64,000 nt of DNA, taken from assembly GCA_017499595.2 (NCBI GenBank), contig CM039001.1, forward strand, positions 3,844,001-3,908,000, in the 5' to 3' direction. Both the position numbers and the translations under genes were made by a program. Positions within the stretch are counted from its first letter, which is position 1, and every line of letters begins with the position of its first letter. This DNA is from Psilocybe cubensis. Lineage: Eukaryota. This document shows, piece after piece, positions 39,773-53,000 of the stretch. Below the pieces are notes generated by a model. The model did not search any database, had not been told where the DNA came from, and worked only from the letters and a program-made list of their open reading frames with translations.

Positions 39773-40338
39773 ATGGTTTCTGCACTTGCTAAATATATCC
39801 CACGGACTAGGGTGAGCAATTTCGCGAGGATACTTGACGTTCTTCTTAAGGATTCCAGGACACCTCGCTATCATTAAGAGCGCGCTACTATGGCGCGCAC
39901 GCAGAAAGACCCGTGAACAAAGCGATACACACCCTTCAGAACACAAGCGGCAGAAGCCCCCGTCTCGACCTGGTCATGGGAGGGAAACGCCTGCAGCCAT
40001 ACATCCACGATGCTATTGTTTCAATTTCGAATAGAGGGAAGATTGCGCAGTTTCATGTCTTTGTCAAGAACCATTGCAGGCTCCCCCCTAACAGAAGCAT
40101 TTGGAGATGGAGAGTGCGCAATTGGAAGGGTGATATTGTCGTCTTTAAGAAAGGAAAACACCAAGAATTGGTAAACCTCGGGGGGCGCGACAGAATTTTA
40201 GCTGATTTTGCGACCAAAAGGTGAGGCCGGATGCCAATATGAAGTTTGACGACACTAACAACCCCTAGTTTCATTCAATCAGTGAATCAAACCAGGCCAT
40301 TCAAAATCCCGAAAAACCTGTTTTTTGTAAAGCATTAG
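39773..40338 (+). CDS. Small three-exon protein of unknown function
   Basis: Splicing gives MVSALAKYIPRTR/DTSLSLRARYYGAHAERPVNKAIHT...FHVFVKNHCRLPPN...WKGDIVVFKKG...FVKH*. Confidence 0.65.
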
Positions 40339-40614
40339 CCTGCATGAAAGCACCGACAACGAATCCACAGACCAGCGGTGCACAAAGACTGTCTGCGTTA
40401 GTAGACTTCGTGTTATCTTTGGTCACACTTGCACGATAGCATTCGGTCGTCATTTCATAGCAGAAAAGTCCCCCGTAGTACTGTTGTTTACGTTGTACGC
40501 TACGGTAGACTATTGCTGCGCTTTTTCGGTCTGTATGTGGTACTTCACCCTCCAGATGTCCATTCTGCGGAGGGCCCGCCCTTGCGGATGATGGCTAGTA
40601 TCTCGGGCGTAAGT

Positions 40615-41995
40615 ATAGCGTGCTAAGGAGAAGTTGTAGATCAAAACCTGGTGCTTAAGAAAGAGAGACAGAAGACGAAAAACGTACTCTCGCGAAATGA
40701 TGACCTTCTGTATATGTCATGGTTTGCCCTAAAACGTTGATGCAACCGATGGAAGCAACTCTGTGTGAGGAGTGAGTACTGTGCGCAGCCGTCTTCGTTC
40801 AGCCACGTACATTAATGTTGCCCCAGTTTCCCGCTCGAGCCTACACGTCTCCACGACTGAAGTACATGCGTTCGTGTCGGGCGACGATGGACCCCTCGCT
40901 GGCCATCCAGGTTCGACGACTTGCTAGCCAAAGTTTGGATGTGGCAAATCAGTGGAAGCGTCAAGGTAAGTGAACCTGCTACTTACTTGATTGGTATTTT
41001 ATCGTGCACTCTCAGCGATGCTCGTTCTGCACAGAGAGAAGGATGCGAATGTCATCCACCTGCGCAATGTGCATGGAGGATATGGGAATCAGGGTCTGTC
41101 AGGTATATCAGCGAATGCCATGGGACATGCGACGTAAACAGACTTACCCAGTCATACGTCTGCGTATACGCGCTCTACACATCATGCAATGCAATTCTGA
41201 TAACCTATTCCCATCCAGAGGGCCCTATCCGTGCGAAAGGGGTTGTGGAGTTGAGTTGGAAGGAACACCGGTATCCGAACGATGACAAGTCCGGGATCTT
41301 GTTTGCTTAATAGCGCATAGTGCGGATCGTTGGTGTTCGGGATAGGAGATGGGCTATACTATGTAAGTTACTACAGAAAATTAGGTAGACAGAACGAAAC
41401 ATACCTGTGTAGAACAAGAGGAAGGAAATGGTGAAACGAACGACTTGAGTGAGAATCGTGTGCGTCTAATCGCATGGTTAGCAAACGGCGGGTACACTGG
41501 AGTTGCGACTTACCAGACATGCTTCGAAACTTTTGCGATGTCTTGTTCGCTGACCTGTATCTGCGCTGAATGACTGACCCAATATACAACACTGTGCAGA
41601 AAATTGTGTTACTTACGGCGAGCGTAGAGATCTCATACGTGCTTAACATCTGTGTTGGCACTTCGATTACACCTCACGCACAATATCATTCGGTCCCCAT
41701 TTCGCTCCCTGTAGTAGTATTTGTATTATTTACATGGTACACTACGCTAGACTGCCTACATGGATAGCAGCGCTACTCGGTCTATATGTGCTACTTCACC
41801 CGCTAGATGAGCATGGTTGGAACAGAAGAAGAAGAAAGCGTGAGAATATGGCCAGCACGCCAACAAGTACCGCAGAAGTTCGATGCCGCTCATGCCGTCG
41901 CCAAATTGGTGATGCGCGTGATTGGTGGCACGGCATCAGCGGCATCAAACTTCTGTCCTGTATCATGGCGATTTTGTGACGGTGTGACGCCTTTC
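40615..41995 (+). repeat. Right arm of the nested ~1.4-kb inverted repeat
   Basis: Reverse complement of 32328-33732. 41333-41995 also directly repeats 13922-14584. Confidence 0.93.
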
Positions 41996-42360
41996 ATCCT
42001 GTCCCTCAAATGCGGCGCGTTGTATCGTATGTAAATTGGTTAAATGATGGACACAATTCATGTGCTAGTATTATACGGAAGCGTAGGTCAGAACTGTATT
42101 TGCTATCAGCGGAGAGAAAATAGTGTTTCCATTCATGATACGTTATTGATCCATCCACCGAAAATGAGTTTAAAATAGAAAATGAAGTCTGGTAGATAAG
42201 TCCCCGCTTTCATACCGTATTGAATCTTCCAGCATCCCATCCAAATAATCGACTTCAAAATATCCAGGCATATGACCCCGCGTACACTTAGGAGTTCCCC
42301 CAGATTTTCCAGCCGACGGACTCGCATTTCCCTTTTCTTTGAACGAAAAGAGCACATTCT

Positions 42361-42639
42361 TTAACGCATCCTTGACCTACGAGAATGTTCGTCACGATAC
42401 TTGTAAGGACAATCAAGAAAAACACTTACAGCGAGGTATGGCCAAAATATTAATGAGTGATCCACCTCCAAGTGTTCTCCCTGTTGCGAAAGAAACCGCG
42501 AGCGTCGGATGAACTTGATTTCTTCCGGAGGGTTTCGCGGAACACATAGGGGTGAGAGCTGAGAAAGTCGAAATTCGATTCTCGGAGTGATGAGTGGAAG
42601 TGGCGCTTTATTGAACATTTTTGCTATGAGAGGTGCCAC
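42361..42639 (-). pseudogene. Possible remnant paralog of the 17671-18550 gene
   Basis: Shares LPLITPRIEF with that protein's N-terminus. The rest is not obviously conserved. Confidence 0.4.
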
Positions 42640-44069
42640 AACTGGGTTTGGGGCAGTCTGTAAGTTGCGATGGAGGTGTATGCAATCAAGGATTCACGAC
42701 GCTTTATAAGAAGCAAGAACAAAGGCAATCTCCGCGACAAAATATCCTGACCAATCTTGACAAAGGTATTAACTAAATGAGCGCTTTATTCGCTCAACAC
42801 CCATCTGAACATAGAAAATGACCTACCAATGAGATATATAGAAGCTAGAGAAGGTCATGTATTTCTACATACCCACACTTACCCCGGAATGCGAGATTTT
42901 GGGAAGGTGATTTCATGATTTCAACTGGCGGAGATCATCAATGATCAATGGGATAATATATAGTTTTAATATCCACTGTCGGTCATACCGCCATAACAAC
43001 GTTTATCGTCATTATGACGGCGCCAAAGGGCGTGATTACGTGGCTGCATGAGCGACATTGGAATTGTTTGCTATGTCAAAGCGCTCCTGCGACAATGCCA
43101 TCTTTATCCCCTTTCCCATAACTCTTCGACAAAGAGAAACAAGATAAGATGGATCTTTGTTCAGAAAACATTTAAAAGGTCAATAGGTTAATATGTACTC
43201 AGTACGATATTTCCTGCTGTAAGAAACTTCATGATGCCCGTGACGAGGGAAGGCCACGATGTAATTCTGAAGCATATCGTCATCGTTTCGTGGCTGATCC
43301 GTACTAATCATTCCTACAGGTCGATAACCACAGTGATGACAATGACTATCAGAATCAGAAGCAAATGATCGAAGCAAAGTTGAAAGAACTAGTAAGTATT
43401 TTAGAACATCATTTTATTAAATCATGACAAAACTTTGCGATGACAGATTTCAATGATGCGGGCTGTATTTTGTGACACCCATGGTAGACGCGAAAACGAC
43501 GATGAAGACGGAAAAAATAGTGAACAAGACGAGCAAGACGAGGACTTGGATCCTTGGCCGGCGAACAGCAAACACTCAAGGCGCGTTCAATGGCGGCTGG
43601 GGCGCAAAACTAAGCGATCTCGAAGGAATTTCAGGCGCAGAATGAGGGGTGCTTCGCGCTCTCCCAACAAGCTCCGCGGGTCCGACTCCGACTAGTGGGC
43701 AGACAACAAGGTATGGGGTTGTGCGCTGGGCAATGGCCGTGTTAGACTGTTGAACGAGATTTTAAACCACCCACTGGCAGGACAAATTGGGGTTGGAAAG
43801 TCACCGAAGATTATTATATCAAGTAGAGCTTGGGTTAATAAATTTAGTATATCAATTGCAGATATTGATGAAGCGACATACTTCATAGATTGAAGAGAAT
43901 TATTAGACGGGAACATCTCGCGTGTTCGAGAGAGTAAATTTGGCTTACAGTACGTGTAAAACAATTGAGACTGGTGCCGCTCGAATACCTGATAGAAAAA
44001 AGACGGAGCCAATCTATAGTTGCATAAGCAGGAGACTCGACGGGAGCCATGTGCAAATCCTGTATATTC

Positions 44070-47000
44070 CAAGTCCCGATATCGTGAAATCCAAATTAAA
44101 ACGGCAACCTGCAAAGAGGGTACCTCGCAGACCGGGTGCTTACAGTAGGCAGCGTCGTACAAAACATAAAGTTATGGCAGCATTCAACGTTCAATTCTTG
44201 AATGTAGGTGGGTGCGTCGTTGAATAAGTGAGGTCTGTAAAGCAATGAGGCGGCACATGTGCTGTAGAATATGTTTCCTGCACTGATAGCAAAGATGATT
44301 CCTCACCTATGTTTGTGACGCTCGAATACGGGTCTGGCAGGCGAAGAGGCGGCGGGTGTGCTGTAGAATGTGTTTTTGGCTTGTGTTTTGTGCCTGATAG
44401 TAAATACAAATACTATTCGCACCTATGTTTCTGCGTAATTCACTATCCAAATGAATTGTAGTTCCTCCTCGTTCTGTGTCGCTCACCCGACTATTTCCTC
44501 TGCCCTTCCAAGCCGGGTCTATGTCACTTGAACTAAAATTGTATTACTAGAGTACGCAGCTAGCTAAGTTTATGGTATTAGAGTCTACACTAAAGTGCTA
44601 CTACTACAGTAAGCTCGTATGCGAACCATCTCTACGTACGACGTGCTTCATAGGAGTGAGTGTTGAGAGAGAGGTGGAAAGGCGTCACACCGTCACAAAA
44701 TCGCCATGATACAGGACAGAAGTTTGATGCCGCTGATGCCGTGCCACCAATCACGCGCATCACCAATTTGGCGACGGCATGAGCGGCATCGAACTTCTGC
44801 GGTACTTGTTGGCGTGCTGGCCATATTCTCACGCTTTCTTCTTCTTCTGTTCCAACCATGCTCATCTAGCGGGTGAAGTAGCACATATAGACCGAGTAGC
44901 GCTGCTATCCATGTAGGCAGTCTAGCGTAGTGTACCATGTAAATAATACAAATACTACTACAGGGAGCGAAATGGGGACCGAATGATATTGTGCGTGAGG
45001 TGTAATCGAAGTGCCAACACAGATGTTAAGCACGTATGAGATCTCTACGCTCGCCGTAAGTAACACAATTTTCTGCACAGTGTTGTATATTGGGTCAGTC
45101 ATTCAGCGCAGATACAGGTCAGCGAACAAGACATCGCAAAAGTTTCGAAGCATGTCTGGTAAGTCGCAACTCCAGTGTACCCGCCGTTTGCTAACCATGC
45201 GATTAGACGCACACGATTCTCACTCAAGTCGTTCGTTTCACCATTTCCTTCCTCTTGTTCTACACAGGTATGTTTCGTTCTGTCTACCTAATTTTCTGTA
45301 GTAACTTACATAGTATAGCCCATCTCCTATCCCGAACACTAACGATTCCTACTGACATCTCTGGTTGGCTGCCACTTCACTTAGGCTACTTCTACAACTG
45401 TTTCACCTCCGTTTCGCGGCGGAGCGGCACAGAAAAGACGAGAGCATTGTCGTCCATGTGCGTCACCTCGCCAGGCAAAAGTCGTGCCCATCACGACGCA
45501 GTTCACTAGGACGCTCAGCGACATCTTTGGCGTGCTCGACTACTTAAGTTGGAGCTTGTTCACCGCTGCCTTCGACGAGGAACGCTCTGATTCTCTAGTG
45601 AGGTTGGCGTATGGTCTCCTCAGTGATCTGGCCAAATACTACTCGAACGGACGGCTTAAGCAGCATTCCTGTCCAATTGGCTTACATCAAACTGCGATCT
45701 GGAAGTTGTATTCCAGATGATACCATGAACACCATGCCTCGGGCATGCGAGATTTTTCGAGGGTATTTTTTGTATCCTTTCCCTCTTACTTACGACTTAG
45801 GCTTAGGGACTGCGGACAGTGACGTTAGACGGGTAATTCGGCGGCTTTTACAACAATTATTTTTCTCCCTGTTGTTCGTATTATAGCTGTTGCTACAATC
45901 TGGCTAGGAATATTGCCATGCATAACAGTGTGGACGTCTTTTCCATGGGAGAATCCGCGTACGTACTCATCCGGGATCTCAATCTAATATCCACTTCTGA
46001 TAGCTTCCTCTATCGATAGAATTCGCTACGAAGCCCCTGGGCCGCCATCCAACAGCATTTTTTCTCCAAGGTTTCTTCACATCCGGCATGGTTAGCGCCC
46101 TCGGCAGACATATTCACCGGCCTGATCATCGCATCGCTCATTGTACTCATCTTCGTTGCCGTCTTCCTCCTCCGTGAATGGATGTCGCAGAATGCTCGCC
46201 TGGGCGTATTCGAAGAGGAAGAGCTCCCCGATCTGCCCCCCGTTCACGCGCCTCCACCGCAACCACAACTGCAACATCAACCCAGGCTCGTCCGCCATTT
46301 TGCGCCGCTCGACCCTGCCAGCCTGAACCTTGAGCGTGGAGGGAACGCGCCGCTTTCAATGAGCGTCAGATCGAGGCTCTACGTATGGAGGCAATGCGTC
46401 AGAATCTGGACACAAACATCGCCGTGGACCCCAACAGATGGCGAGCAGACGCCCAAATAGCCGCTCTTAGGGATAGGAAGAAAAAGATGAATGCCAAAAG
46501 CTTCAACCCACATCATACGGTACGCAATGAAAACCAGGGAGAAACGGACCAGGAGGATGTACAATTTGAATTAGAGCAAGCGAGGAAGAAAAAATTCAAC
46601 CAACATGTTACAGTGGCGCAGGACGGGGACGAGCCTGGGTTAGTAAGTCCCAGCGAATCGGACGATACAGAGGATGATGAGGACGATTTCCATGAAGACG
46701 ATGAAGTCGACAATGAGGGACATGGGCATGGAAACGGGCGTAGACATCGACGTCCACATCCTCTCCGACGGCCTCATTTCGAAGAAGAAAAAGACGACGA
46801 AGACGACGAGGAAGACCAGGCAAAGTTGTGCAGTGGGGTGCTACCACCACCACCAACCCCTTTTTGCGGGTTTTCGATTCGACTGTTGACTCTTTGTTTG
46901 ACTTTGCCTTTCGATCTGAAGCGGGGAGAATGGCGTGGTATACCCACTGCCCACTTACACCTACACCAACACCGTTTATCGACTATCGACCTTCACATTG

Positions 47001-50000
47001 GCTTTTGGTTTGCCAACCCAGTTTGTGTTCTACGGTTACACCCTACGCCTACACCGACGCTGACACTAGCGCCTCAGCTCATCTTACCTCACACCGACTT
47101 GCAGTACGCTCTGAACATCTTACACTGTTACACACCACATATCACACCATAGCATAGCATATCTTACACAACACCCACCAGACAAACTCGAATTCCGACT
47201 TATAAACCCAAACCCAAACACGAAATCAAGACGAAATGAAAGCACTAGACACGAACCTGTACACTCCCATCATCTCATCATCTCATCGTGGCGCTTTTGG
47301 TTTTCCCCACTGTATGATGTCTGCGTCTACTTTAACCATTCACTTCGTCCCGCCCACACCGACGTCATCGTCGTCGTCTTCATCCGCTGCATCGTCCGCG
47401 TCGCTATCCACGCTGCCGACATCGTCGAATCCAACCCCCGCTCGTCGACTCTCACCACCACCACCACCACCACCACCACCACCACCACCACCACCACCAC
47501 CACCACCCGCGCCGATCTTTCTATCTCTACCACCACCACCACGGCCGCCGCGCACCTACTCCCATGCACCGACCACCATCACCTGTGATAACAAACACAA
47601 CACTGCACACACCAGCACCCACACACAACCTCACGCTCATACGCACCGCCGCGGAGCTCATCGAACTCGACGTGAAACTGCGCAGTACGCACCCGGGCCT
47701 CAAAATCCCATCGCTGCCCATCGACCCCGCCGGTCTGCCCCTCGCGCAGCAGAAGAAGGGGAAGGAGAAGAAACGAAAGTCGACGTTTTTGAACACGCTT
47801 TCGCGGCTGGCGTCGCCTGGGGGTGGCAAGGGGATGGGGATGAGTATGGGCATTGGGATCGGGAAGAAAGGGGGGAATACACCGCTTGTGATGGCTCCTG
47901 CCAAGTAGGGCCCGGATCCGTTTGGCTCGTTTGGTGCGATGACGCTTAGTTGGAGTGTTAGTGGGAGTATTGGAGGGGATGTGAATGGGTGGTCTGCCGC
48001 GCCGTCCATGACGAATCTAGCGTCGACTGCGTTGTCCACTGACGCGCTTGATAGGGATGGGGTCATCTCGACAGACAGAGAGAAAGAGGACTATTGATCA
48101 CCCGGAAGGCGAGGACGCTCATGGTCGTGTGGCCGGCGGTATTATCGAAGAGGATGAAATGGAGGTGGAGAATGTTAGCTCGCAACGTCAGCAACATCTG
48201 GCAAAGTTGAATAATGCACTCAAAACGACCACCATCATCGGCGGCCTATAGGACGCGCGCGGGTTCATGCGCGTGCGGCTTGATGAGGTGAGGCAGAAGA
48301 TGGACGCCGAGGAACAGGCGAGGGATGTGTGAGTGTTTTTTTATTTTATTTTTTTATTTCTTTCTTTCTTTCTTTTCTGGTTTTTGGGGTTTTTTGTTTT
48401 TGGAGTGTGGTTTTTAGAGAGTATGTTTTTTGGATTGTTTTTTTTGTGGGTTTATTTGGATAGATTTCGGTGGAATGGACAGATTCCAGTTTCGGAGGTT
48501 CTCTATTCCATCCATCTTGCAGAGGTACTTTGAACGAGCACGGTTCTGGTTCTTGTTCATGTTGTTGTTTGTTCGAGGGTGTATCCTTCGCCTTCGTCTT
48601 CATCTTCGCATAGATCGTTTTGGCCGATGCATGCATGTACGGGTTGATTGATACGGGTGGATAGATGGTTCAGGACGGATAGCAGGATGGATAGAAGAAC
48701 CGTCGGATGGGCTTTTGCTTTTACTTTTATTTTCTTTGCTTTTATTGTATCCCATTCTTTTTTATCCTATTCTATTCCCATTCTTATCTCTAATTTTCTA
48801 AACACAACTAACACCCCTTTTCCTCTTTTCCCTCCCTTCCCCTACACTTATTTAACTTACTACAACCTACAAGCCTCCGCACTCAATTCACCCAAACACA
48901 CGAAGACATCGCAACATCCTCCTCGCGCTGCTCCCGACGCTCTCGGAGCAGGTGCTGCGCGCGATGGATGTGGATGCGGTGAAGCGGGAGTTGCAGGCAC
49001 GGTCGCGGGTGGGTAAAGGGAATAGGGAGCAGCAGGTGTTGGGGATTGGGAATGGGAATACACCAGCACAAGCACCGGCGAATAAGAGGAGTGTGTACCC
49101 ACTTGCACCGTACCCTTCCACTCCACCTCCGCCCCAGCCTCGTCAAACGCCTCCACAACAGGCTCAGGCTCAGCCCCAGCCTCATCAAACGCTTCACGCA
49201 CCTGCTCACCATCACCCACACCAGCGCCCGCACCGTTCACACTCTCGCCGCCCGCACCCGTGTTCGTGCCGCGCGCCGCGTCGTTGCATTCCGCGTCGTT
49301 GTACCCGTTCGCCTGTTTCTTTGCACTCGCCGTACCTTTCGCTTTCAGGGACAGAGTCAGAGTCTATTTCCATCTCGCACGACACGCAGGAGATATCGTC
49401 GTCGTTTGTATCGGACAACGGGTCTGTGAGTCGTAGTTGGGTCGTTGAGGGTTCGGGTGAGGGTTCCGAACAAGGAGGTGCAGGGGAGAGAGCGCCATCG
49501 CCTGCTTTGAGCTCTGTTTCTGGTGTTTCCCGTTTCGCATTCGAATTCGACGGATGAAGGGGAAGGTGGGGATGAAGATGAAGATGGTACGTCACTTCTC
49601 TTTCGTTGTGGGAGTTTGATTTTATCTGATTAAGAAATGTGTATATGTGTAGGCAGAGAATGTGATTAGTGTGTATACGGACACTGATGCGGATGCTGTT
49701 GCGGTTGCGGATGCTGGAGCGGGAGGATCGGGATCGGATCGGGAGGAGCGGGCGTAGATGCGTTGATCACCTTCGCAGTGCCCTCCGATTCCCACAGTTC
49801 TCTTGCTGTTACTTGCGCCGGGCAGGGAAGTAGATCCAGTGCCCGGACTAGGTCTCTCAACCATCCTAACTATCGCTCTCCGGGGAGGGATGTCGTAACG
49901 TAGTACTAGGATTAACCGCCTATATTTAATGGGAAGTACTCCTGTTTCAGAATAAAGAACTGCCGTTATCGACCTCGGACCCAAACCCAGTATTCGTCGC

Positions 50001-53000
50001 AGACACTTGATCTGCACCTGTTCCAGGAGTCGTAGCAATGACCTGCGATCGCTCCTTCTGTAAGTTCGCATATTGTCTGCGCTTTTTTGTTCGAAGCTGA
50101 ATTTTGGAGCAGCTGGTGTATCCACACGACTGGCGCGAAGATGACTTTGTGGTCTTCCACAACCGTGGAGTTCTGCACACTGTCGTCGGTGCATGCCCTT
50201 GACCAGGTGCGCGCGTTCCACCAGTGCAACCTCGCTGCATCGGATGAGCCCATGGGCCCTTCAGCCGAAGACGTCCAAACCTATGCTTGAGTTAAGGCGG
50301 GTAATTTGCAAGACTTTCGTAGTCAATGGCATACCATTCCTCGATGTCTGGGTCGTGTCGTTTCCTCAGCATTTCTTGGAGCCTGAATTCCCCGTACCTT
50401 GTCAAGATTGATCATCCCACTTGGGGAGGATATAGACACAGATGTTCCTGCTGGCATCGTCGAAGTCTATCGTGTGTTAATTGTATTGCCAAATAATAGA
50501 CAGAGAAAAACATACTGCAAGGGTTATTAAAAAGTTGAGAGGAGATGTACCATCGTCGGCTTGCCGATAAGCAAACAGGGAAGACGAGCATTGGGAATAT
50601 CTTCATTGGTATGTAATTCTTTTCTCTTGCCGCGAAGGTGTTGAGCTGATGTCATCTTTTAATTACTTGCGTATAGCCGGTCTTGGGGCTGGAGTGACGG
50701 AAGCTGTTGCCATCGTGACGCCCATGGAAGTGGTGAAGATTCCTCTGCAAGCTCAACAACATTCATTGGCCGATCCTCTTGAAGCGCCTCGGTACCGTAA
50801 TGCTGGTCATGCTGTGTACACCATCATTCGTGAGGAAGGAATCTCGACATTGTATCGTGGTGTCTCTTTGACGCCACTGAGACAAGCTACGAATCAGGGT
50901 ACGTCTTCATTCGTGAATAGCCGAAGAACGCCTTTCTTAAGGCTTGTGTGTCCACCTTAGGTGCCAACTTCACCGCGTACCAAGAAATCAAGAAGCTCGC
51001 GCATAAGTACCAGCCAGACTTGGTCGAGCTACCATCCTACCAACACATGATGATTGGTCTTATCTCTGGAGCTATGGGTCCGTTCTCAAATGCACCAATA
51101 GACACTATCAAAACTCGTACGTCCCTTTTTAACTACACTTTCTTAGCCTCTCTTACTCAAATCAATTATATCAGGTCTACAAAAAGCCAAAGCAACTCCA
51201 GGCCAATCCTCCTTCCAGCGCATATTCGCGATCGCGGCAGATATGTGGAAGATGGAGGGCGTGCGGTCATTCTACAAGGGCATCACCCCCGCGTGCTGCG
51301 CGTGGCACCCGGGCAGGCGATCGTGTTCGCGGTTTATGAACGCGTGAGCGGCGTTATTGAGACGATCAGCCCAAGAGTGAGAGAAGATCTCATCTCCACA
51401 TGTATCCCTGCATGGTCATCCACTCTTCCTCCAACCCATGTTATCTCCATGGCTTCCAACGACAGGAGCGCGTCTTCCGAGACGATGATGTAGTCAATGA
51501 CAGAGCGGCCTCCGTTGGCCTGACTGGAGGTCCACTGTGGGAACGGCGTTCGGTCGATTGGTGTCCCATTCACGACATGCAGAGAATTCTGCCCCATGAT
51601 TTCCAGTAGGCGATTCCCTCTAGCAATGCAGGTATTATCTGGAGACACTCGTACTAAGTGCGATCCCGCTGCTTGTTGCAGGCCTATACGCGCGTTCAGG
51701 TCGCCTATAATCATGTATGCCTTGGATCGCAAGACACAAATATTCGATAGCCTCCCCCAGCCATGTCTTAGGGTCCACATGCGTCCAAGATTCCCATCTG
51801 GAGTTCTCTGGCACAAGATACGAGCAGATTAGGATTAGGGATGGGAGCTCAAGGACCAGTATATCTGGGTGCATGATCTCGTCGCATATTCTATATTTTA
51901 CAGTGTCCCGTATAATTACAGTGACGCCGCCCAGGGGGTGCCGCCATGGTCGCGATCGTGCCACTGGATGAAAACCGCGAGGTAGATCCAGAATATCCTC
52001 TTGCCCTGGCGCCATGTGTGTTTCCTGGAAGAAGGTAACATCATTAGATAGTACGAGATCCCTATACATTGGCGTATGGATTGATGCCGCGAGTCCTCCG
52101 TTGCAGTTCCAGGAGGCTACGCTGAATCTGGCGCTGTTTGTTTCTATCAGTGCCCGATGTGTGGAACCCGTCATCGCCGCTCTGCTGTTTGCGTATGCCC
52201 TGAAGTCCTGCGCATCCGCATACACCCGAAATCGGAGCCTGATGCGTCTCGCTTTCCTGGCATGCGTAACTGATACCAAACGTTCCATAGCTAGCCCATT
52301 GTCCTGCATCCATTCTCGCCCCATCCGCAGACGCTCAATTCTTTGGCATTGTAGTGGCCCCCGGAGAACATCTGTAAGATTGACGTCTCTTTCTTGCTGA
52401 GTTGCTTGTGTTGACGACATGCGTGGTGTGATTTCTGTTAGGACCGCTGTGAGTGGAGTTTCCATGATAAGAAGAATTTGTTTTTGGTGATGGTGCGTGT
52501 TTTATCTCTTTTTTTTTCCTTTTCTTTTTTTTACTTCTTTCTCTATGTGCGTGTTTTTATTGACATTGACAGTCTTTTTTTTTCAATAGGATACCTTCCT
52601 GGACACGGAACCCGTACTGGGAGAGTTCACAGAGGAGGATCTCGAGCAGGAGCAGGATACCTACCAGAAGCCGCAGACGGACGCGGACCGCACGGATGGC
52701 GAAGGGTACGAGACAAACACGGCGCCGTCGCAGTCGCGCAGCTCGTCGATACGCATGGTACAGAGTCAGAGTCAGCTGCAGCAGGGACAAGGGCAGGACT
52801 GAGTCAGCAGGTGCCGGTGCAGCAGGTATCCAAACGGCAAACGCGCGTTAATTTGCCTCTAAAGGTGCTGACGACGCTTGTTTGGTAATAAAAAAAATGT
52901 TGTTTCAAGCTTCATGAAATAACATAGGCCACAGATGTCCGCGAATGTTAAGGAGTTTTATTATTCAGAAATGAGATTATGAGTCTTCAATGAGTATGAT

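Noticed and set aside
39890-39916. Histone H3-like N-terminus (MARTQK)
   Set aside because: It stops after eight codons, and the coding frame of the overlapping gene is different.
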